Made by a program: the position numbers and the translations under genes | The notes under the pieces: generated by a model | Told to the model about the DNA's origin: nothing | The model's database searches: none | The model's input: only the letters and a program-made list of their open reading frames with translations | DNA from: an uncultured Gammaproteobacteria bacterium | GTDB taxonomy: Bacteria > Patescibacteriota > Microgenomatia > UBA1406 | DNA length: 36,591 nucleotides | Assembly (NCBI GenBank): GCA_964358525.1 | Contig: CAYHPU010000003.1 | Span: forward strand, 1 to 36,591 | Reading direction: 5' to 3' | In this document: in pieces, positions 19,109 through 27,009 of the stretch | How positions within the stretch are numbered: position 1 is the stretch's first letter | Layout: each line of letters opens with the position of its first letter

Positions 19109-19774
19109 TTACTCTATAATCAGTGAATACCTTCTATATAACGGAGCCACAGTTGGTCCATCAACATACCTAAATCCCGCCTCAGTAAATAATTTGTCCA
19201 ATAACTTTTCTGTATGAGTAAAGTTTTCCACCTGCAACCACTCTCTGGCAGTTTTTACTTTCATGTTGTCTAGAAATTCGTCAACCTTCCCACGTGAAGC
19301 ACATGCGCGCGTAGTTATAAATCCATTTCTTGAAAGCAACTCTTTCCATACAATCAGAAGTTTTTTAAGTGAGGCTACATGAAAAAATTCAAATACTCCA
19401 TCTGTTTCTATCCAGTCAATACTGTTGGGTTTGATAATACTGGCCAAGTCCAATGCATTTATTTCTTTTATCGTGATATTTACAGATGGATACTTCTTCT
19501 CAATCATGTGCCGAACCGCACTAAGCTGCTCATTTCCTAAATCTATTATCCAAATATGTGGATTCTTGTTTCGCTCTAGTACAAATCTAATAAACTCGTC
19601 CGCAGTAACTTCGTTCCCCACACCACAAAGCAAACAGGTAAATTCTTGTTTGGAAAAATTTGGTACAAAGTTGAGTTTTCGAAAGTCGCTGATGCATGTT
19701 TTATACGCCCACCGTAAATATATCCGCCACAACGGAGTACCAATAACAATTCTGAACTTTTTATAATAGCTCAT
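19109..19774 (-). CDS. Class I SAM-dependent methyltransferase-like protein
   Basis: LLCGVG, IIDL, INAL, LLSRNGFI, LFTEAGF pattern. Confidence 0.6.
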   Translation of the reverse strand: MSYYKKFRIVIGTPLWRIYLRWAYKTCISDFRKLNFVPNFSKQEFTCLLCGVGNEVTADEFIRFVLERNKNPHIWIIDLGNEQLSAVRHMIEKKYPSVNITIKEINALDLASIIKPNSIDWIETDGVFEFFHVASLKKLLIVWKELLSRNGFITTRACASRGKVDEFLDNMKVKTAREWLQVENFTHTEKLLDKLFTEAGFRYVDGPTVAPLYRRYSLIIE

Positions 19775-20040
19775 TTATTTCTCTCTATAAACCATTTTTT
19801 AAACAGTGGTAGCGTCAGTGTAGAAAGCAGAAACCCAAGAGAGGGGATAACGGCATTAAGCCACGGACTCTGGACTCCAATTACCCACATATAAAGCCCA
19901 ATACTCAGATAAGTAAACGCGACCAAAAGGGTTCTCCTAAAATAGCTCATCTCCCACGCTTTATCTATCTCAACGCGTTTATTTCTTTTCTCTATTGCTG
20001 TAATTCGCTTTTCAAGTTCAGTTATTTTCATATCTAGCAA
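19771..20040 (-). CDS. Small two-TM membrane protein
   Basis: RNKRVEIDKAWE followed by two TM segments; overlaps next start (ATGA). Confidence 0.75.
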   Translation of the reverse strand: MLDMKITELEKRITAIEKRNKRVEIDKAWEMSYFRRTLLVAFTYLSIGLYMWVIGVQSPWLNAVIPSLGFLLSTLTLPLFKKWFIERNK

Positions 20041-20070
20041 TTTAACAATTCAACAATATAACAATTGGTT

Positions 20071-20445
20071 CTATTTATCCTCTATATTCTTCACCATTAT
20101 ATGGTCTTCGAGTTTCCATCCAGGTTTTGAATATACGTTTATCCACGTTTCTTTCCCTACACCCGAGTGAACTTCGTGCGGTTTTATTTTTATCTTCTCT
20201 CCCTTTTTAAGTAATACCGTTTCGCCCTTAAGATACACAATAAGTTCACCCTTAATAACTTCATAAATCTCCGTGTTTATCTTATGGTAGTGCGGACGAA
20301 TAAAATCTATCACGCCAATTGCGTGTGTTTGACTAACGGCGTCTAGCTCACAAATAACCTCAAGTGGAAATTCGGGAGAATTTAATACGATATTTTTACC
20401 AGGGTACAGCTTGGTAAGTCGCGCCACAACCTTCTTGGTATTCAT
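20071..20445 (-). CDS. Cupin-domain protein
   Basis: PHYH...EIYEVIKG ... IKPHEVH. Confidence 0.85.
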   Translation of the reverse strand: MNTKKVVARLTKLYPGKNIVLNSPEFPLEVICELDAVSQTHAIGVIDFIRPHYHKINTEIYEVIKGELIVYLKGETVLLKKGEKIKIKPHEVHSGVGKETWINVYSKPGWKLEDHIMVKNIEDK

Positions 20446-20449
20446 CTCA

Positions 20450-20674
20450 CTATTTTATCACAATACTCAAAATGGCAATAATTCCCCACACAACATTAAG
20501 TACTACTGACGGAATATCGTGATTATAGAATGCAGCTATTGTTACACCAATTGCCCCCAGTAAATTCAACCCGTGAAAACGTTTTGAATGCGATGGAAGT
20601 TTTTTCAATGAAAGCAGGAGATAGGAAAGAATATAAATAATCGCCCCCGCCCAACCCAACGCGTTAAATACCAT
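20450..20674 (-). CDS. Small three-TM membrane protein (CBU_0592-like)
   Basis: LGWAGA...SY.L, LNLLGA, PSVVLNVVW. Confidence 0.75.
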   Translation of the reverse strand: MVFNALGWAGAIIYILSYLLLSLKKLPSHSKRFHGLNLLGAIGVTIAAFYNHDIPSVVLNVVWGIIAILSIVIK

Positions 20675-20715
20675 AATGGACTATTATACACCCTCCCCAA
20701 CAACCCTAACAATCC

Positions 20716-21141
20716 CTAGCCTTCCCTTATTTCCTTTAAAATCCCCTTGTTCCATAGATAAATAAACTCCGGATGAAATTTAACACCTGCTTTTAGCATT
20801 TCCTCAATTTGTTCCAATTTGAAAAATCTCACTTCTTCAACTTCGTTCGAGTCGGGAATAAATGGGCCGTTATGTTTGGTTTTGTAGATATACAGTTTGT
20901 CCGTAAAATCATTGTCCTGGTAGAACTCTTCACCTATATAATCTAAGTCTACTTTTATTCCAAGCTCTTCTCGAAGTTCTCTCTTTGCAGCAGTTTTATG
21001 ATTCTCTCCTGGTGTAATCCCACCTGCTGCAGAGAAATCCCAATGAAGTGGAAAGTTGTCGTCTTTAGCAGCACGAAGCTGAAGGACAAGTTCGTTACGG
21101 TCATTAAAGACAAGAACAACTGAACTTAAATCATTTTTCAT
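20716..21141 (-). CDS. NUDIX hydrolase (IDI-like)
   Basis: LQLRA..K..FPLHWD.SAAGG, GENHKTAAKRELREELG; start probably ATG 21141. Confidence 0.9.
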   Translation of the reverse strand: MKNDLSSVVLVFNDRNELVLQLRAAKDDNFPLHWDFSAAGGITPGENHKTAAKRELREELGIKVDLDYIGEEFYQDNDFTDKLYIYKTKHNGPFIPDSNEVEEVRFFKLEQIEEMLKAGVKFHPEFIYLWNKGILKEIREG

Positions 21142-21177
21142 GAAGAAAGTATACACTCCATTAAGGTGGGGTTTCTC

Positions 21178-21777
21178 TTATTTGTCTTTTAGAAACATAA
21201 TCAGTGGTTCTGAGAACAATGTTAAAGCCATTCCAATACTAAAAACATGTTCAGGAGTTGGTACAACCGTATTGTATGCTCCCTGAAGTATGGTTGTCTC
21301 CGATGGTACAAGCTCATCGCCAAATAGTGCCCGTACCGTCATTATTTTTCTTCTGTCGACAGCGCTTAATGTTTCTTCTCTTGCTTCAAACAGTCTAATA
21401 GATTGTGCAAACGCAGGACTTGATGCTGTTTTTGATTTAAAAGACCGGAAGCCAGTAACTGGCCCTGTTCGCAAACGACCACTTACGTTTATTATTTTAT
21501 GGACAACGTTTTTCCGCTCAATGAACGCATTCAGTACTGCGCTGCCACCAGCACTTGTTCCAAGTAAAGAAACCACATTTCCTTTTCCAACTAGTTTATC
21601 AATTAACCCCATTAGTCGTTTTAATTTGGGGAGAAATTCATTTTCGCCGTCCCGCCATCCTACAGAATAAACAATAGGCTCCAGTCCTTGTCCGCGCCAA
21701 AACCGTGTGGCAAACGCCAAGAACCGCGTCTCATCTCCAAGTCCGGGAACTATAATAACCGAATGCTCCTTGCCCAT
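21178..21777 (-). CDS. Alpha/beta hydrolase-fold protein
   Basis: IVPGLG, GTSAGG, DELVP, EH. Confidence 0.75.
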   Translation of the reverse strand: MGKEHSVIIVPGLGDETRFLAFATRFWRGQGLEPIVYSVGWRDGENEFLPKLKRLMGLIDKLVGKGNVVSLLGTSAGGSAVLNAFIERKNVVHKIINVSGRLRTGPVTGFRSFKSKTASSPAFAQSIRLFEAREETLSAVDRRKIMTVRALFGDELVPSETTILQGAYNTVVPTPEHVFSIGMALTLFSEPLIMFLKDK

Positions 21778-21854
21778 GTCTTGAAAGTATATCAGACCTC
21801 AATCTCCTCAAACCACCCCAACTACCCTTACCAACCCTTAATTACCCCTTGTCT

Positions 21855-21877
21855 CGCCGAAGTCTTGACGAAGGCGG
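21855..21877. repeat. CRCCGAAGTCTTGACGAAGGYGG family (21855-21877, 23525-23550, 25312-25337)
   Basis: Three copies with identical core CCGAAGTCTTGACGAAGG, two embedded in C-rich periodic tracts. Confidence 0.85.
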
Positions 21878-21888
21878 ATTAATATCCC

Positions 21889-23454
21889 TTAATCGCCCTT
21901 AATTTCCTTTAACTTCAAGTGTTCTATTTTATAAACGTAATTAAACGGCACATCATCACGAGTAACCGTGTGAATTAGCGTACTCCCTGGTATTTTTTCA
22001 ATCTTATTTTTCAAAACTCCGTCATAACACACTATGTAATCTGCTTTCTTCATTTTATTGTTATAATCTTTCGCTTCTGGTAAGTAATAGCCAAGAGTTG
22101 CGGACTTAGAGCAAGTAGCTATTTTTGGTTTTTGGATGTTGTTCTTTGTTAAGTAATCACTTAACCACGTCAGCGCTTCTTTGTCACTTGCCGCCCAATA
22201 ATCAACTTCAAAATTTCCCGTTGCGCCCTTTACCCCACCAACCAGTTCGTTAAAATAAATATACTCATACGGGTGGTATGAAACATAGAATTTGGTTACA
22301 ACAAAAAAATTGATAGCCACTAAAAACACAACCACGTATTTAAACTTTCTGTTTGCTAATAATTCAATAAAAGATATGGAAGCAAGGAGTACAAGGTGGG
22401 GGATTAAGAATACGTAGTGCCGTATACCGTTATAAATTACCGGACGTAGAACAAGATAGAGAAAGATCTGGAAAAGTAGTGAAATCCATACGAGCATTAT
22501 TATGCTCTTTTTTTCTCCAACCATTTTCTTAAACAGAGTAATTGGAGACAGTACTAAAACAAAAAGCGGAGTCGTTATCAAAATCCAGATAAATAAATAG
22601 GTTTGCGGACGAGTGTAAATAGAATAAGTTTTGCCAAAATGAAGTATATCCCCGAACCACGGATAGTTTTTATTAACGTTAAGTAGCTCAAGCGTATGGT
22701 TAAACGGGTCTGCGCCAACATACGGCATATTGAAAATAAAAATAAGAAAGGCTATTAAAAAGATTAGGAATGACCCCAGTATTGTATTAATGATAAAGTC
22801 GCGCATAATCCTTTTTTCTTGAAGGAAAGACGTCGTCAATTGATATAAAAAATAAACAGGAAGTAGAAAGATTCCCAGGAGTCGAATAGAGGAGGTGAGT
22901 CCAATCAATATTCCAACAATAAGTATTCGCAGCTTCTCGTTCCATGTTTTTGAGAAGAAAATAACAACAAGCGTCGCAAAATATAAAATAGCAAACGGAA
23001 TATCTTTCGGGTTTGCGGGAATGTCTCCAAAAAATCGGGGGGTAAATAGTAAAAACACCGGTCCAACAAGCGCAAGAAACGGCTTCTTATATAAATAAAG
23101 GAGGACTTCATAGAATAAATAAAAGATACTCGCGGCTATCAATAAGTTTAAGAGGTGATACCCCTCGTACGTTTCCCCGTCGTTAACTGCATAAAGAAGA
23201 GCGGGGTAGGAACTATTATTGTAAAGTAGATCCTGGTTTCTTCCTTCGTTTACTACAAACCCCTTTTGTAGAAATTTATCATTGCCGCGAACTTTGGTAT
23301 AAAAATATTTTCCCCGTGCATATACAAAAAACTCATCCATCGTTAAGCCATAATGTCGATAAGTAAGAAACGCAAACCCAATATACAAAGCAATGAAGAT
23401 AAAAATGAGTATTCTGTTTTTAAAAAAGGAGAATATAAAACGTGCCATGCTCAT
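21889..23454 (-). CDS. GT-C (PMT/ArnT-like) membrane glycosyltransferase
   Basis: YGLTMDE after the first TM, PRFFG...NPKDIPFA, many TM helices, DYW. Confidence 0.8.
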   Translation of the reverse strand: MSMARFIFSFFKNRILIFIFIALYIGFAFLTYRHYGLTMDEFFVYARGKYFYTKVRGNDKFLQKGFVVNEGRNQDLLYNNSSYPALLYAVNDGETYEGYHLLNLLIAASIFYLFYEVLLYLYKKPFLALVGPVFLLFTPRFFGDIPANPKDIPFAILYFATLVVIFFSKTWNEKLRILIVGILIGLTSSIRLLGIFLLPVYFLYQLTTSFLQEKRIMRDFIINTILGSFLIFLIAFLIFIFNMPYVGADPFNHTLELLNVNKNYPWFGDILHFGKTYSIYTRPQTYLFIWILITTPLFVLVLSPITLFKKMVGEKKSIIMLVWISLLFQIFLYLVLRPVIYNGIRHYVFLIPHLVLLASISFIELLANRKFKYVVVFLVAINFFVVTKFYVSYHPYEYIYFNELVGGVKGATGNFEVDYWAASDKEALTWLSDYLTKNNIQKPKIATCSKSATLGYYLPEAKDYNNKMKKADYIVCYDGVLKNKIEKIPGSTLIHTVTRDDVPFNYVYKIEHLKLKEIKGD

Positions 23455-23482
23455 TTGAATTATACCTCACGAAATTTTTCAT

Positions 23483-23612
23483 TGTCATTGCGAGCGAAGC
23501 GTGGCAATCTCAGATTATGCTTTGCCCACCGAAGTCTTGACGAAGGTGGGTCATCCCCGCGACCTTGTCATCCCCGCGCCCGCCTTGCCGCGAGGCAGGA
23601 AGGCGGGGATCC
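23483..23612. repeat. Cluster of REPs from three families
   Basis: TGTC-REP 23483-23510; family copy 23525-23550; partial GTCATCCCCGCG 23550-23561; nested REP 23566-23612. Confidence 0.85.
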
Positions 23613-23689
23613 AGTACCTCTTGACTTGCTCAATAGCCTATAGTTTTGTATAATTACCATATATCTTTTCCCCAAAGGAGGTCCAAAAA

Positions 23690-23884
23690 ATGGACTTGGG
23701 ATTAGTGAATTTTCTGGTCGCCATTGTGGTGGCGACCCTCTGGGCAATGGACAAAGATCCGGTGTTGCCCGGAAAAAATGGAAAATTAATTCGTTTTTTT
23801 TTGGGATTAGGCTTCGGCCTAATTCCAATAATTAATATTCTTGTTGTCCTCTTCGAAATCGAAGAGGCAATAAGAAAGCATTGA
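23690..23884 (+). CDS. Small two-TM membrane protein
   Basis: TATAAT 23649-54, strong SD AAGGAGGT 23675-82, downstream terminator. Confidence 0.7.
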   Translation: MDLGLVNFLVAIVVATLWAMDKDPVLPGKNGKLIRFFLGLGFGLIPIINILVVLFEIEEAIRKH

Positions 23885-23901
23885 TAAAAAAACGAAATTC
23901 C

Positions 23902-23935
23902 TGCAGGCTGCCACTACAGCCTGCATTTTCTTTTC
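23902..23935 (+). terminator. Intrinsic terminator
   Basis: TGCAGGCTG-ccacta-CAGCCTGCA followed by TTTTCTTTT. Confidence 0.7.
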
Positions 23936-23949
23936 TATCCTTGTACAAT

Positions 23950-24606
23950 ATGAATACAATGGAAGAGGGTCTTTTATTTGAAAAAAGAGATGAACTAAAT
24001 CACCCTGGAGTAATAGTCCTACGAGTTGCAGACTTAGAAACAATTGACATTCCTCGTTTAGATAACCCATCGCTTCTTGAAGCTTGCAAGTTTGTAGGAA
24101 TTTCTTTGGACGTTTTAAAAGAATTACTCAAGTCAATCCCGAGTTTTAATGGACAAGAACTTGAAAATCCAGAAAAGTTTCCATTTCTTGATAATCAAGG
24201 AAACAAAGAAGAGGATGTAATTTTATGGAAGGTAGTATTACCCGGAATAGGCCTCACTGAAGTATCTGTAAATACGCTCTATCCCCCTGCAGTAAAAGAC
24301 AGAGATAATATTACTTTACACCTTACTACAAATGGAGCGTCTGAAAAGGGTGATTTTGAAATAATATATTGTCGGGAAGGAGGGTTCACTTTGGCTTTTC
24401 CTATGTCTGTTGATCCTCTTGCGTTAGGCGTATACGTGGCTTCTCCAGAAAGAAATGTAATCTCGTTTTCACCAGGAACGCTTGTATTTATTAAAGCACC
24501 GCATCCAAATGGCTGGGAAGCGGTGACAAGGGAGCCGTGTCAATTTACTTATATCTGCAATCCTCTCTGGGACCCACAAATTGCAAAAAGGGCTGTTGAT
24601 GCCTAA
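23950..24606 (+). CDS. Hypothetical protein, C-terminal cupin-like motifs
   Basis: TLHLT..., EIIYCREG, FSPGTLVFIKAPHPNGW, ICNPLW; start ATG 23950 or 23959. Confidence 0.6.
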   Translation: MNTMEEGLLFEKRDELNHPGVIVLRVADLETIDIPRLDNPSLLEACKFVGISLDVLKELLKSIPSFNGQELENPEKFPFLDNQGNKEEDVILWKVVLPGIGLTEVSVNTLYPPAVKDRDNITLHLTTNGASEKGDFEIIYCREGGFTLAFPMSVDPLALGVYVASPERNVISFSPGTLVFIKAPHPNGWEAVTREPCQFTYICNPLWDPQIAKRAVDA

Positions 24607-24622
24607 ATTTGTTGAATAGATA

Positions 24623-24799
24623 TTAATATTCCCCCTTGACTTTAATCGTTTTCATTAGGCCAACCTCCCGCTCTACAAAACCAACCGACTTATAAAGATA
24701 GAGTGCACGAGTATTAAATGCATTTGTATCAACCCACAGCGTGTCATAATTCATGTTTGCAAGATAATCTTCTATCGCTTTCATGAGTTTATTTCCAAG
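24623..24799 (-). pseudogene. C-terminal GNAT fragment
   Basis: Manual translation LGNKLMKAIEDYLANMNYDTLWVDTNAFNTRALYLYKSVGFVERE...; N-terminal half absent. Confidence 0.7.
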
Positions 24800-24831
24800 A
24801 GAATATTTTTTTGAAAGAAAATAAGATGACT

Positions 24832-25245
24832 TTAATTAATTAATCTCGTATATATAACAAAATCTTTATGAAAATAAAAATCAGGAAGGTGTGCCATAAT
24901 GGTGAATCCGAGCTTTTCATAGAAAATCCCGCTTGGCCAACCTACACCAGTGCTAAGCCATGTTCTATGTGCGCCTCGTTTTTTACCAAACTCTTCAGCC
25001 TTGTTAATAAGCATGGTACCAATACCTTTGCCCCGCGTATCCTCTTTTACCATAAGCGCAGCAATGTGCAGAACGCCCGGCTCATATCTTCCCTCAATTG
25101 TTCCTACTATTTTCCCATTCTCCTCAGCCTTAAAGCGATAATGTTTTTCTATCCATCTCGTTCCTGAACCATAATGTTGGTGGGTAAAAGCACGCCATTC
25201 TTCAGTAAGCGCCTCTTTCTGTGTAGCTTTAGATATTTTAACCAT
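24832..25245 (-). CDS. GNAT-family N-acetyltransferase
   Basis: LMVKEDTRGKGIGTML, FYEKLGF. Confidence 0.92.
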   Translation of the reverse strand: MVKISKATQKEALTEEWRAFTHQHYGSGTRWIEKHYRFKAEENGKIVGTIEGRYEPGVLHIAALMVKEDTRGKGIGTMLINKAEEFGKKRGAHRTWLSTGVGWPSGIFYEKLGFTIMAHLPDFYFHKDFVIYTRLIN

Positions 25246-25374
25246 GCAGATTGTTATACCTCAACCCCCCCCTGCACCCGTGCCTCCCCAAACTCCCTAA
25301 CTACCCCCTTGCCCGCCGAAGTCTTGACGAAGGTGGGTAACTTCCTGTATTTTCCTTTAATTTTGTTTGCAAGG

Positions 25375-25871
25375 TTACTTCTTCTGACTATAAAAAAGCG
25401 CTTCAATATGTTGAAGATCTCCCTTTGGTTCTTTGTCAGTAATACTTTCAATTACTTCATTTTCCTCTTTGTCCTCAAATAAAATCGTCCACTTGCTTTT
25501 ATTCTTATTGAATTTACAGAACGGAAAAAGAACATGGTGGTGCCAGAACTTTCCTTGTTCATTTAATTTTTTGCTCTTTCTAAAAGTTTACTTATTTGAA
25601 AAGTCACCGGTATGTCTTTTTTTTCACTCTCCTTCTTGATTACATCGCTGCCATGAAGTAACTGCACTAATTCTTTACCAATATTCATATATGGTTGCGC
25701 TGAATAGCAAACGTGCGCAATGTCATTTTCAACATTCTCAAGGATAAGAGCATACTTATGTTTCTTGTTAAGTTGGCAACTAGGTGTCAAAATATGAAAA
25801 TGCCATTTCTCCCTTTTCGTTGCATACTCTCTAGCTAATCTTTTTATCTCTTCAATGGTAGTTTCAATCAT
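25375..25871 (-). pseudogene. Two-repeat hypothetical protein interrupted by a frameshift at an A6 run (25567-25572)
   Basis: Repeat 1 WHFHILTPSCQLNK..YALILEN; in the -1 frame repeat 2 WHHHVLFPFCKFNK..WTILFED, ending TAA 25375. Confidence 0.75.
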
Positions 25872-25879
25872 GGGATAAT

Positions 25880-26599
25880 TTAATATTCCACCCGAACTTC
25901 GTGAAGCCAAATTTTTGCCGGCCGGGAAAGCATAAATACAATTACATCTGCTAAATCTTCTGGATTGGTAAATTTTTCTACGGGAAAATTTTCACCGGTT
26001 TTACTAAACATTTTGGTGTTTGTACCGCTTTGGTATACTCCCGCAACCCTAACGTTTGTACCCTTTAGGTCAACCTTCAGTACTTCTGTAAAACCCCTAA
26101 CTCCGTATTTGCTGGCAGCATAAACAGATTGGCCAGCTTGAGCAACAATACCAGATTTGGAAGAAACATTGATAATTGCAGCTTCCTTTTGTTTCTTCAA
26201 ATGCGGTAAAAACAACCGCGTTGTATGTATTAGTGCGATCAAGTTTGTTTGAATAACGTCGTCAACTACTGATTCTTCAATTTCTTCAACGGGCATTATT
26301 TTCTGCCAAATCCCTGCAATATTAAGAAGAGCGTCTATTCTCCCAAAATCGATAACAACCTTCTGAACAGTTGCTTTAAGCTCTTGAATATTACGAATGT
26401 CACACGGATAAATTTTCACTTTCTTTGCTCCTCTTTTTTCAGATTCTTTTTGGGTTTCTTTAAGACCCGCCTCATTTCTTGCTGTTAAAGCCAGGTTAGC
26501 GCCATGTTCTGCTAGTTTAAGAGCAACTTGCTTTCCAATACCATCGCTCGCGCCGGTAATAACGACTGTTCTATTTTTTAATATCATTAGTAATTCCAT
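25880..26599 (-). CDS. Short-chain dehydrogenase/reductase
   Basis: TGASDGIG, NIAG, NVSS, YAASK. Confidence 0.93.
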   Translation of the reverse strand: MELLMILKNRTVVITGASDGIGKQVALKLAEHGANLALTARNEAGLKETQKESEKRGAKKVKIYPCDIRNIQELKATVQKVVIDFGRIDALLNIAGIWQKIMPVEEIEESVVDDVIQTNLIALIHTTRLFLPHLKKQKEAAIINVSSKSGIVAQAGQSVYAASKYGVRGFTEVLKVDLKGTNVRVAGVYQSGTNTKMFSKTGENFPVEKFTNPEDLADVIVFMLSRPAKIWLHEVRVEY

Positions 26600-26744
26600 A
26601 TTTTATCAAAAAAATTCTGTCCTATTATTTTCCTCCCCACCCTTACCTCCCCAAACTCCCTAATTACCCTTAACCACCCTAAATTTCCTTTAACCATCCT
26701 TTAACTTCCTATATTTTCCTTTAATTCTATTTATTTATATTGAA

Positions 26745-26900
26745 TTTACCGAGGGCTCCCCGTCTTCCTTCTTGCACAAACTCACTTATTAATTGCTGTC
26801 TTACCGTGCTAAGTTGAAGGTACCGCCGAGAGGACTCTAACCTCTAGCCCTGTGTTGGGATTTCGTTCAGCACCATACCCCTTCAAATTGAATAACAAGT
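26745..26900 (-). ncRNA. Candidate structured RNA with tRNA T-arm-like hairpin
   Basis: GC-richer intergenic tract; nested stems TTGAAGG/CCTTCAA and CACTTGTT/AATAAGTG; AGAGG-TTAGAGT-CCTCT hairpin. Confidence 0.4.
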
Positions 26901-26901
26901 G

Positions 26902-26996
26902 GTATCTGCCCGTCTTACACTGGTTTGCAACCCGTTAGGTTGCCAAAGCAGTTTAGAGGGGTTTATACCCGAGCAAATTAATTTGCGAGTGGTATA
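26902..26996. repeat. ~93-nt double-hairpin element, copy 1
   Basis: Reverse-complement homolog at 31355-31446. Confidence 0.85.
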
Positions 26997-27009
26997 CTTC
27001 ACCCACAGA

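Noticed and set aside
23353-23828. ORFs 23353..23643 (+) and 23568..23828 (-)
   Set aside because: Translations of the REP cluster or antisense to better-supported genes.
26800-26830. CCGTGCTAAG...AGGTA resembles the 5' end of Bacillus-type large SRP RNA
   Set aside because: The SRP helix-8 motif (CAGG..GGAA..AGCAG) is absent downstream on that strand.
26745-26900. tmRNA (standard or permuted) or RNase P RNA
   Set aside because: No GGGG 5' end paired to a ...CCACCA end with a G3-U70 pair, no Ala-ending tag ORF, and no GAGGAAAGUCC motif.
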